Shown here: positions 41,397-53,389 of the stretch, in pieces | Numbering within the stretch: the first letter of the stretch is position 1 | Layout of the letters: each line of letters begins with the position of its first letter | Source of the DNA: Octopus sinensis | Taxonomy: Eukaryota | Reading direction: 5' to 3' | DNA: 64,000 bases | Assembly: GCF_006345805.1 (NCBI RefSeq) | Contig: NC_043000.1 | Coordinates: 122,016,001-122,080,000, forward strand | Notes under the pieces: model-generated | Database searches by the model: none | Seen by the model: only the letters and a program-made list of their open reading frames with translations | What the model was told of the DNA's origin: nothing | Translations under genes and position numbers: made by a program

Positions 41397-43230
41397 TATT
41401 ACTCATTGATACGTTCATTATTTTCAACGAGGAATATTTATCATTATAAAGCATCATGTTTCCTCTTTCCTGATATAATCTCTTCTCGTTTACAATTATT
41501 ATTATCTAAATATCTGTGATTTATCTGGTATATATAGAAGTTTCTGACTATCCCTTGTGAGCTATATCGAATTACTTCGTTGGCTAATCAAATTATTTCT
41601 TTATTTTGAGTGGAATATTTTATATCAATTCTATTTCATATATGCAGTTGACTTTTGATTCTTTATCTTGATCTTCATGTCATCCGTCAGATTATGAACA
41701 TAGGAATGAGATTTAATTTATGTATTTATGTAATTTTTATTTGTCACTATTTACTTAGTTGATCTCTCAGAGTATTTTGTTTTCAATGTTGAGTCAATAA
41801 TATTTCACCTCCATATTTAAAGTCTTTGATTTATGAGGCAAGGTATAATATCCCCTTCTATTTGTTAACCTGTTTATTGATAGGCTTATTGTGGTAGCAA
41901 GTATACCGGTCAGCTTTTCTAGTGGCAATTATCTGGATTATTCTTATCAGTGTTTCTTCTATCGAAATAATAATAGAAATCACGATATAATTGTTGCTAC
42001 AAAATTTCTATAATCATTAATATAATTATCATTATCTAAAATAAATTTATATTCAACTAACGAAATCAAAATAATTAGCATTGTCATCAGCATAATATTC
42101 GATTAACATATTAAAACGTTAAATTGATTATGGTTTTGTTTTAATATCTCGATAATATGCTTGTGGAAGAAGTTTAGGCGGCTGTGAAACTGGTTTCTTG
42201 GGAGAAGTTTACGCTGATTATTATGCATAGCAAATAGACAATGATTAGGCAGAAATTACATAGTCGAAGTTGAAATGATTTATATTGCTTGTTTCATTTT
42301 ATTTTATTCATTTCTTCCAGCGCTGAGATTTGAAATTCCGTCGGATTCAGCGTTACAAGTCAAACATGAGAGTTGAAGGAAATAATTCCACATTTTGCAT
42401 TTGTCAAAAATAGTTTTGCTCCACTCAGAAATATTCTAACCTCTTATTTCACGGTTCAACCGACACCGTTAGAACTTTGAAACGTATTTAGTTACGTAAG
42501 GTACTACTGTGAAACATATTTCATTTTGTTCGTGAACATGAACAAAGTGCCTAAATTATATGAATGATAAAAGAAAAAATTCACTTCTGAAGACATAACC
42601 CCCATTATTACAATCAGTCCAACTATTAAGTGTCTAAAGCATTGTTCAAGCAGGGCAATTTGCTTGATTTTGAGGCACTTCATTAAACTTTAACATACAG
42701 GCTCCAACTCAGGCAGTGACACAAAGTATGACTGCTTCGAAAAATCACAAGGTTGCGACCCACACCGTTTAGGGGTTACGTTTATGAGCATCTAGTAACT
42801 AGCATTTCCAAGAGTATCTTAATATTGATTTCAAATTCTAGCACAAAGAGGGCAAATTCGAGGATGTCCATACTTCGATTACATCAACTTCAGTGTTCAA
42901 CTGGTAATTATTTAATTGAACTCGAAATGATAATAGCAAAGTATTTGAAAGGGCATCCTAGTATTAACACGTGGCTTAGCGAATGACTCCAGAGATCTAT
43001 TCACTCGACATCAGAGATCTATTCACTGGAAAACATCAGATGGTACCAGGGAAAACTAGCTCCAAAAACCTTGTGAGTTGTCTTCCCACCTTGTTTTAGT
43101 ACAAATTGCCTATGTTTTCACAGAAGGCAATTTCTCATATTAATTATCTAAAAGATTGACAATGATGAATGGATGGACATTGACTTAATTACGACTGAGA
43201 ATTCTAATCGGATCAAGATATAATATATAT

Positions 43231-43583
43231 TTTTTTACTCTTTTACTTGTTTCAGTCATTTGACTGCGGCCATGCTGGAGCACCGCCTTTAGTACTTATT
43301 CTATCGGTCCCTTTTGCCGAACCGCTAAGTAAGGGGGACATAAGCACACCAGCATCGGTTGTCAAGCAATGCTAGGGGGACAAACACAAACACACACACA
43401 CACACACATATATATACATATATACGACAGGCTTCTTTCAGTTTCTGTCTACCAAATCCACTCACAAGGCATTGGTCGGCACGGGGCTATAGCAGAAGAC
43501 ACTTGCCCAAGATGCCACGCAGTGGGACTGAACCCGGAACCATGTGGTTGGTTAGCAAGCTACTTACCACACAGCCACTCCTA
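43231..43583 (-). mobile_element. SINE family C
   Basis: Reverse complement of TAGGAGTGGCTGTGTGGTAAGTAGCTTGC...GGTGCTCCAGCATGGCCGCAGTCAAATGACTGAAAC. Confidence 0.9.
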
Positions 43584-43744
43584 TATATATATATTTTTAA
43601 CCGTCTGATGAAAACATATTAAAATGTTCTTAAAGATATTCACAATTTGATGAGGTCAGCATGCAGAAAATTAAATTCTAGATACCAAGGCTTGTTAAAT
43701 ACTTTGCAAGAAAGAAGTAATTATTTATTTCATTTCAGAAATGA

Positions 43745-43960
43745 GGTATCTAGGACCGTAGAGAGCATGAATTATCTGACCGAATAGAGCATGATTTCGT
43801 AGTTTGGTGTGCAATCCAGAGAGCTAGCGCAGGGAATAGGGACCTAAAAGTTATTTGGTTGAATTTGACGAATACGTTTGCATAGATTGTATCAGATTCT
43901 GAACAACATGTATCGGATTCCAAGAGCATCCAGGAAATCAGGAAAAATATCCTTATATTT
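43745..43960 (+). pseudogene. Possible R2/NeSL-like reverse transcriptase relic
   Basis: EHDFVVWCAIQRASAGNRDLKVIWLNLTNTFA*I resembles the RT motif EH...I..AK..K.DL.V.WLDLANAYGS.PH. Confidence 0.45.
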
Positions 43961-44413
43961 CTAAGTACCATTCAGTAAATCAAAATATGCAGCATACTGA
44001 ATCAATCTAGAAACTAGTGAAGCAAATGCATATGAACTTCGTCAAATCATGCTTCTGTATACAATAGATGTATTCCTGTAGGCAGCAACGACTAGTAAAC
44101 ATTAGAAAAGGAATCAGAATAACCGATCTAAAGACTTTTATAGATTCCATAGCACTCCTTTACTGAAAAGAGAATGCACCGCTTAATATACTAAAGCAAT
44201 TCGATGAGTTATTCACTTCGTTTAAGATAAGCGTCACACAAATGAAATCAGAGTTATTCACTTCTCGAATGAGAAAAATATTGAAACGGTCCTCTTCTCT
44301 GTAACCAAGAAATCTATTCTAAACAAAAACCTGTCAAAATTTTTGAAAGTAAGTACTATGACACACAATATTATATAAATGAAGAAATTAAACCGATCAC
44401 ATATAAGACGAAG

Positions 44414-44675
44414 GTGGAGGCGTGTGGCTTAGTGGTTAGAGTGTCAGCATCATGATAGTAAGGTTGTGGTTTCGATTCCTGGACCGGGCGACGCATTGTG
44501 TTCTTGAGCAAAACACTTCATTTCACGTTGCTCCAGTCCACTCAGCTGGCAAAAATGAGTAACGCTGCGATGGAGTGGCGTCCCGTCCAGCTGGGGAACA
44601 CATACGCCATAGAAACCAGGAAACTGGGCCCATGAGCCTGGATAGGATTTAAACCGGCCCATTTATTTTTATTTT
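44414..44675 (+). mobile_element. tRNA-derived SINE (family B relative)
   Basis: tRNA-like head GTGGAGGCGTGTGGCTTAGTGGTTAGAG...GGTTTCGATTCC. A 13-bp TSD ATATAAGACGAAG lies at 44401-44413 and 44676-44688. Confidence 0.9.
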
Positions 44676-45372
44676 ATATAAGACGAAGACCAGCTGAGTG
44701 ATCTAGACGGAAAATATAAATTCCGGTTACTAAATTTTATGCTGATCCCAAAGCTTCTTTGTCTCACAATATTGGCATTAAACCAATGGGAAACTACTAT
44801 GTGAGTTCGAAGAGAGCATATACACAAGAAAATAGCTTTGTGTTTCACATCGTATCATTTATGATGCACTTCAGCTTTGTGGAGTTTCCAGTTGCTCTAA
44901 TATCCATCGTCGAAGAGATCAATATTTTTTTATTTTGCTTGAAGAATCGAGAAACAAAGTAATGAGAGGAAAACAGCCCACGCTGAATAAGGTTGAAAAT
45001 TGAAAGGAGTGTGTACTAATGTAAAATTGTATGCTCAGAGAAGTAATAGGTTATTCACAATCCAATTGCCACTGACAGCAATGTATTGTTTATGCATATT
45101 TGTATGCATGAAAATGTATATGTATAAGATTTACAGCTCACGTCTATCTATCTATTTATCTATGTATCTGTCTGTCCGATTATCTGTTCATCAGTCTATG
45201 TGTCTCTTCGTCTATTTATGTCAATCTCTCAATCTATCTTTTTTGTTATATCAATCTTTCTATCTCTCTCTCTCTCCATATATATATATATATATATTAA
45301 TATATATATATATATATATATGTATGTATATATGTATGAATGTATGTATATATACATATAAATATATGTTTA

Positions 45373-45432
<60 letters not shown>

Positions 45433-45505
45433 CATACATATGTATATGTATATGTATGTATGTATGTATATATGTATGTATATATATACATATAAATATG
45501 TTTAT

Positions 45506-45558
<53 letters not shown>

Positions 45559-45565
45559 ATGTATG

Positions 45566-45625
<60 letters not shown>

Positions 45626-45834
45626 GTGAAATAGAAAGATGAATAATCTTGTAGTAGATTAATCAAAAGTTTAACCGATATCTTAGTAGCAAAAATCACA
45701 GCAGTAAACAGCACGGTTGGAGGTACCACCATCTGGCGTTGCAACCGTGCGTTGGTGCGGATAATTGAAATTAAAACATTATTGGTGAATTGAAGAAATG
45801 GAGCTGAACGCAGATTGAACAGAAATCGTTTTAT

Positions 45835-45921
45835 TTCATTCTACACGTGTTTCGAAAGGCACAAATTACCAAAATCCGATTGAATAATGGGACCATATTG
45901 TGTCTTTCTCTTCAGGAAGAA
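45835..45921 (-). ncRNA. Type I hammerhead ribozyme motif (left arm)
   Basis: Reverse complement of 49432-49518. Confidence 0.8.
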
Positions 45922-46523
45922 AAAAGGAAATCCGTTGGAAAAACAAAAACAGAACAGAGGCGGAGCAAAAACAAAACAAATCGAACTATGCTCCTAAGAG
46001 CCCATGGCGAAACTGTTTATCAGTGTATGTTGAGAACCGTGGCTGAAGAATTCAACGGGTCAGGCATCGGTCAATCATGTGGGTGAGGGTGTATAGATAT
46101 TCTTTGTGACCGAGAATAAAGTTCTGACTATTTAAGGAATATTGGATGTTTTATAAGGGGCGAGAAAAAATCTACTTAGAGACGTGTGTGTGTGTATACT
46201 GTTCTATATATGTGTGTGTTGGCGTAGGGGTAGAAAACATTTTTTGTGTACGTGTGTGCGTTTGATCGTTCGGCTGTCAGTGGCTACTGCCGTGATAACA
46301 GTTGGGTGGCAGAAAGAAAAAAAAATATATATATATATTATGTTTTATGTGTGTGTGTGTTCATCTAAGCCTGCCTTGTCAAGGAAACCCCCCGCTGTGA
46401 AAAAACCAAGCCCCGTTTGTCTTACAGGATTAATTCCCCTTGCAGTGGTTAATCGTAGATATCTTAAAGGCTATTTCAGAATTTGTTACCAAGGGCTATG
46501 GGTGCCGGTATTATTTATAAACG

Positions 46524-47608
46524 CTATTTAAAAGCCAGATAAGTGTAACGCCGCCAATGGGGGCATCGAAAAGCCGACTGTATGAGCCCGTTTACAATCC
46601 GGCCTCTGGCAAACAAAATATGGAAGAGTTCGGAGACACAAAGGTTGCACTGTCTTCTGCCCCTATCAAATGGGAGGGCCACCGACAAAATTGACCATTC
46701 CAGCCTATAGCTTAAGTTCGTATCCTTCAGTCGCCATATTAGCTTACTGAGTCCCGTGGTCTGGCGCTTGTTCACGTCCCGAAAAGTTGCGTAATGGTTG
46801 GAGACACGCAAAGACAATCTTGAGGATGATGCCCCTACATAAGTGAAGACATCTGAGTCCGTGTAAACCTTGCATTGGTAGACGGCGTTTTTGATCTTGG
46901 AGTTCGCCGACGTGAATCTTAATCTGCTAGGATTGGTTTCTGAAATTAGAACTGCGTTCCTGTCACTATATTCGTTCCGAGACCTGCAGCCGCTTACTAC
47001 TCTATTTTCCCTACGTCACTATTAACTATAGGAATAACCCCTGATTCTCCACTATCTATCAGAGTGCTGTCATTGCTACTGCCCGTGGTGCTGCTATTGC
47101 GGGAAATGATGCTGGGGATGCTATTGGGGCTCTCTACCCTACTCCCATTGTTACCGTCAACCACAACACCCCTATTTATAACTATACCCCTAGTGGGTAC
47201 TCCCTGGCTGGAGCTGAGATTATGTGTCACTGTACTGGCTCTCATATCATTATTACTGCTATAATTATTCCTACTGAGCATTAAACCGGGAGAGGAAGAG
47301 GCTGTGCCTCCGGAAAAAAGGTGATAGGGTCTTAGTAAGTAGCCTATTATTATGGGAGGCGATTATCTGGGCGAGGTTTTTAGTGTTGGAGAAAGCTATC
47401 CTAACTTTATGTGAGTTAACCGTGGAGTAATATTTGGAATTTCTGGGGAAGTTATTGGCGATGGCTTGTCTAAACATGAGGGGGAGGTTAGTTCTAATCT
47501 GCTTACCAAAGGGGATTACAAACCATATATGCTTATTCCTATCAGTGTGATGGGTCGGGACGCCAGCTCTCGCATTCGGGTGGGTGATTCTCGGATGAAT
47601 AACGGGTC
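46524..47608 (-). pseudogene. Left-arm copy of the PLE RT C-terminus, linker and GIY-YIG endonuclease (frameshifted)
   Basis: Same peptides as the right arm. It is in frame at GASSSRLSLRVSNH and GNNGSRVESP, where the right arm is broken. Confidence 0.88.
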
Positions 47609-47747
47609 TTGGTTAGTGTAAGACCTCCCGGACCGATAATTATCCTTGTTCGCTAAATTAAATGCGGGAGCGACTACCCCGGCATCCGCCGCGCTCCCGT
47701 CCTTACTTAAAATGTTAATGTTATTATATACGGCCCTATCCTGATGA

Positions 47748-48828
47748 CCCGTTATTCATCCGAGAATCACCCACCCGAATGCGAGAGCTGGCGTCCCGAC
47801 CCATCACACTGATAGGAATAAGCATATATGGTTTGTAATCCCCTTTGGTAAGCAGATTAGAACTAACCTCCCCCTCATGTTTAGACAAGCCATCGCCAAT
47901 AACTTCCCCAGAAATTCCAAATATTACTCCACGGTTAACTCACATAAAGTTAGGATAGCTTTCTCCAACACTAAAAACCTCGCCCAGATAATCGCCTCCC
48001 ATAATAATAGGCTACTTACTAAGACCCTATCACCTTTTTCCGGAGGCACAGCCTCTTCCTCTCCCGGTTTAATGCTCAGTAGGAATAATTATAGCAGTAA
48101 TAATGATATGAGAGCCAGTACAGTGACACATAATCTCAGCTCCAGCCAGGGAGTACCCACTAGGGGTATAGTTATAAATAGGGGTGTTGTGGTTGACGGT
48201 AACAATGGGAGTAGGTAGAGAGCCCCAATAGCATCCCCAGCATCATTTCCCGCAATAGCAGCACCACGGGCAGTAGCAATGACAGCACTCTGATAGATAG
48301 TGGAGAATCAGGGGTTATTCCTATAGTTAATAGTGACGTAGTGGAAAATAGAGTAGTAAGCGGCTGCAGGTCTCGGAACGAATATAGTGACAGGAACGCA
48401 GTTCTAATTTCAGAAACCAATCCTAGCAGATTAAGATTCACGTCGGCGAACTCCAAGATCAAAAACGCCGTCTACCAATGCAAGGTTTACACGGACTCAG
48501 ATGTCTTCACTTATGTAGGGGCATCATCCTCAGATTGTCTTTGCGTGTCTCCAACCATTACGCAACTTTTCGGGACGTGAACAAGCGCCAGACCACGGGA
48601 CTCAGTAAGCTAATATGGCGACTGAAGGATACGAACTTAAGCTATAGGCTGGAATGGTCAATTTTGTCGGTGGCCCTCCCATTTGATAGGGGCAGAAGAC
48701 AGTGCAACCTTTGTGTCTCCGAACTCTTCCATATTTTGTTTGCCAGAGGCCGGATTGTAAACGGGCTCATACAGTCGGCTTTTCGATGCCCCCATTGGCG
48801 GCGTTACACTTATCTGGCTTTTAAATAG
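47748..48828 (+). pseudogene. Right-arm copy of the PLE RT C-terminus, linker and GIY-YIG endonuclease (frameshifted)
   Basis: RNKHIWFVIPFGKQIRTN...ANNFPRNSKY...KVRIAFSNTKNLAQIIASHN (PLE RT tail), then NAVYQCKV...TYVGAS / LRVSNHYATF...TGLSKLIWRLKD...EWSIL...QCNLCVSELFHIL...VN...CPHWRRY (GIY-YIG with the R, E and N positions kept). Confidence 0.9.
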
Positions 48829-49431
48829 CGTTTATAAATAATACCGGCACCCATAGCCCTTGGTAACAAATTCTGAAATAGCCTTTAAGATATCTACGAT
48901 TAACCACTGCAAGGGGAATTAATCCTGTAAGACAAACGGGGCTTGGTTTTTTCACAGCGGGGGGTTTCCTTGACAAGGCAGGCTTAGATGAACACACACA
49001 CACATAAAACATAATATATATATATATTTTTTTTTTCTTTCTGCCACCCAACTGTTATCACGGCAGTAGCCACTGACAGCCGAACGATCAAACGCACACA
49101 CGTACACAAAAAATGTTTTCTACCCCTACGCCAACACACACATATATAGAACAGTATACACACACACACGTCTCTAAGTAGATTTTTTCTCGCCCCTTAT
49201 AAAACATCCAATATTCCTTAAATAGTCAGAACTTTATTCTCGGTCACAAAGACATCTATACACCCTCACCCACATGATTGACCGATGCCTGACCGTTGAA
49301 TTCTTCAGCCACCGGTTCTCAACATACACTGATAAACAGTTTCGCCATGGGCTCTTAGGAGCATAGTTCGATTTGTTTTTGTTTTTGCTCCGCCTCTGTT
49401 CTGTTTTTGTTTTTCCAACGGATTTCCTTTT

Positions 49432-49518
49432 TTCTTCCTGAAGAGAAAGACACAATATGGTCCCATTATTCAATCGGATTTTGGTAATTTGTGCCTTTCG
49501 AAACACGTGTAGAATGAA
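49432..49518 (+). ncRNA. Type I hammerhead ribozyme motif (right arm)
   Basis: TTCTTC CTGAAGA GAAAG-A-CACAA...TTGTG-C-CTTTC GAAAC ACGT GTA GAATGAA. Canonical core, G10.1-C11.1 pair, palindromic ACACGTGT helix III, predicted cleavage after 49511. Confidence 0.8.
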
Positions 49519-49579
49519 ATAAAACGATTTCTGTTCAATCTGCGTTCAGCTCCATTTCTTCAATTCACCAATAATGTTT

Positions 49580-49683
<104 letters not shown>

Positions 49684-50617
49684 ATGTGTGTGTGTATCTT
49701 TATGCCTATCAGCTTATCTATCTGGCTGTCAAGAAAAGCATCCGAACGGAAACAGCAATCTAAGAGGCAGTACCAGGTGGTGTTAATGGATTGTCTCGAA
49801 ATGTGAACCAAAAGTGGCAACAGTGACATCTAGGAGGTAGGCTTTAATGTCTAATGACTTCAGCATCGGATATTATAGATTCTTCATTATAAACATTCTG
49901 CCATATAATTCTCGCTACATTTTCTTTTTACTATTAAGCATATTTTAGTCGATCACGGTTCCACAGAACAACTTGAGATATATGAACTCAAAACAGTGTT
50001 ACTTAGTTCTTAGAGAAACGATTTCAACATTTAACACTATTTACTCCAGTTTATTCCCAAGTACCGTACTAATTATCAAATGGCCCAGCAAAATGATTGT
50101 ATTCTATTAATATTTTTCAGTTGTCTATGATTGATGGAATATGTCTATTGATACATCATCAGACACATTTCAATAACATGAAGATTATCTTATTAATAAT
50201 CTAACATTGTTATCTCATTTATTTTATTTCATGACGTTCCTTCCTGAAGATTACGTTACGAATACATCTATTATTGTTATCGCACGTATTTAGCGATGAT
50301 GGCTCTACCTAAAACATTTCATATTTCACCATTACCTTATATATCTATTGGGTAAAATTCAGGCAACTATGTGCATAATAACAAATAATGAACTGGTGTT
50401 TTTCTGTACTTAGTAATAACTTATCTATAATGATAGGATTACGACTTGTTGTGCCTCATATATTCCATCCGTTAATATTCGATGATGGTTTGGTACCGGA
50501 CGGCATTTAGTCGGATTATGTTTTCTTGGCTCACATCCGAATGTAAACAAGATCGATCTTGGTATGAGAAAGGTCTTTAACTTCTCTCTTTCGCTGCGTG
50601 GTATCTATGTTAATTTA

Positions 50618-50746
50618 ACGATGACGACGAAGATGAGGATGATGATGATCATGATGATGTTGGTGACGATGAGGATGATGTTGATGATGATGATAATGCG
50701 GATGATGATAATGATGATGATGATGATGATGCGGATGATGATAATA

Positions 50747-50779
<33 letters not shown>

Positions 50780-50840
50780 GTGATGATGATGGTGGTGATG
50801 GTGGTGATGATGATGATGATGATGATGTAGGTGGTGATGA

Positions 50841-50874
<34 letters not shown>

Positions 50875-50960
50875 GGTGATTATGATGATTATGGTGGTGG
50901 TGATGATGATAATGATGATGATGGGGATGATGATGATGATGGTGATGATGGTGGTGATGA

Positions 50961-50992
<32 letters not shown>

Positions 50993-51584
50993 ATGATGGT
51001 GATTATGGTGGTGGTGATGATGATGATGATGATGATCATGATCATGATCATGATCGTGATATATATGGTATAGAAAATGATACTATTTATCAGGTTAATC
51101 GCGATGGCATTAATAGTGATAAGGTGTTACTAGCTGGGGGGATGGTAGTTGTAGTTGAGGTCATCGGTGTTAGAAAACAAGATAAGAGTTATGAAGTTGA
51201 TAATTCTAATAAATCACGCAGCGATTATGAACGAAACGATATCATCGATAGTGATGGAGGCGATGACGACGACAGGATATTCAGGTGACATGATTGTGTG
51301 GATGCTGATGGTACCCCTGATGATGCTACTTACTGATGATGATGATGAGGAGGAGGTGGAGGAGGAGGATGCTGGTGCTGATGCTGATGATGATGTTGCT
51401 GATGATGATGCTGTTCATGATGCTGATCATGATGCTGATGCTTATGATGGTGCGGATGCTGATGTTACCCCTGCTGCTGCTGATGATGATGATGCTACTT
51501 ACTGATGATGGTGATGAGGAGGAGGGTGCTGCTGATGATGCTGATGGTGATGCTGACGATGGTGATGATGATGCTGATGCTGAT

Positions 51585-51615
<31 letters not shown>

Positions 51616-51845
51616 ACGATGCAGATGATGATGATGCTGATGGTGATGGTGATGATGATAAGGGTGGTGGTGGTAGTGGTGGTGGTATGATGGTGGTAGT
51701 GGTGGTGGTAGTGGTGGTGGTAGTGATGGTGGTAGTGGTGGTGGTAGTGGTGGTGGTAGTGGTGGTGGTAGTGATGGTAGTTATGGTAGTGGTAGTAGTG
51801 GTGGTGGTGGTGGTGGTGGTGGTGGTGGTGGTGGTGGTGGTGGTG
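50618..51845. repeat. Compound (GAT/GGT/GCT)n trinucleotide region with a 168-bp higher-order duplication near 51321/51489
   Basis: Directly visible; source of the poly-M/I/D/V/T ORFs. Confidence 0.95.
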
Positions 51846-52676
51846 GAGATATTTGTGGTGGTAGTATTCGTGGTGATGGTATTCTTGGTGGCGGAAGCGA
51901 TGGTATTTATGGTGGTGGCAACGGCATCGCTTATGGAGGTAATACTGAAGATTTTAAGAAGGATAGTAACCAATTCATTTTATCGCCCTGAATCTCCTAT
52001 TTAGCTATCGTATGCAACTGGTAAAACGAATAGCTACAATTCACACAACCAGATCATCTCTACTTATTCCGTATCTCTTCGTGTTCATATCGTCCCCACA
52101 TGACCAGTATATTTCCCTGACCAGAGTGGGCTAAAGTTCGTAGATGAGGCCTACTGAAACATGGCTGCAGCAATCAGGGTACTGTTAAAGATCAAACACT
52201 CTCTGTACTATATCCCATTCTATATTCTAATTAATTAATATTTCTGGGTTGCCTACTCCATCTATTCCATGTTACAATTTCCATATTGATTATCCTCAAT
52301 GCTATGGGTGTAGTCTTAGTTAATTGGAATTTATTGGATTACTGCATCAAATACGCTGCTGGTACCAGCGTTCGAAATATAAAACTTGCAGTATAGGCAC
52401 TGCTGCTAAATATTGACGAACTTGAAAGTGAAGCGATAGAAACAGATTTCCTTCATTAAAGGTAGCTTATAGTGGACCATGCAGATAATGAAAATATGTC
52501 ACCGTAAATTAAGGGACCAACTCATTTTTAGGAATGGCTGAAATTGATAAATCAGGTCACCAAAATATGAACTGAGATGTTCTAAAAAACGCGTCAGAGT
52601 GGGCAGATATATTAAGAGTTAATGCTGGAAATAAATAGTTACTAATTTATTTCTAGCAATATGCTTATGATAATAC

Positions 52677-52733
<57 letters not shown>

Positions 52734-52736
<3 letters not shown>

Positions 52737-52906
52737 TAACCATTACAGTTAAATTGGCACATAATAAATAGGAAGTTAAATGAAATGAAGTGATTAGAGT
52801 GGAAAAATAAAACGTTGAACTATCAACAGCGAACGGGGATCTCTATCCAAGAGCTGATATTGTTAGAATATATATATATATGCATGTATGCTTGTATGTA
52901 TGTATG

Positions 52907-52938
<32 letters not shown>

Positions 52939-53160
52939 AAATATGTATATATATATTATATATATATATAGTATATATATACTAACCATTACAGTTAAAT
53001 TGGCAACATAATAAATAGGAAGTTAAATGAAATGAAGTGATTAGAGTGGAAAAATAAAACGTTGAACTATCAACAGCGAACGGGGATCTCTATCCAAGAG
53101 CTGATATTGTTAGAATATATATATATGCATGTATGCTTGTATGTATGTATGTATATATAA
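52734..53160. repeat. Near-identical tandem duplication, period 246 bp, bounded by (TA)n
   Basis: TACTAACCATTACAGTTAAATTGGC...GAGCTGATATTGTTAGAATATA at 52734 and 52980. Confidence 0.9.
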
Positions 53161-53267
53161 TATATATATATATATATATAAATATGTATATATATATATA
53201 TATATAATATATTATATATATATATAATATATATATATTATATATATATATATATATACATACATAT

Positions 53268-53323
<56 letters not shown>

Positions 53324-53358
53324 CATACATATTTATATATATGTGTATATATATATAC

Positions 53359-53389
<31 letters not shown>

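Noticed and set aside
45980-46025. Hammerhead-like CCTAAGA GCC-CAT-GGC GAAAC on the antisense strand of the PLE
   Set aside because: The core has two mismatches (U4, G5) and no convincing helix I.
50564-52004. Long acidic, poly-Met and poly-Thr ORFs of up to 222 aa
   Set aside because: They are open only because of GAT/GGT/GCT triplet repeats, with several frames open on both strands and no splice or domain evidence.
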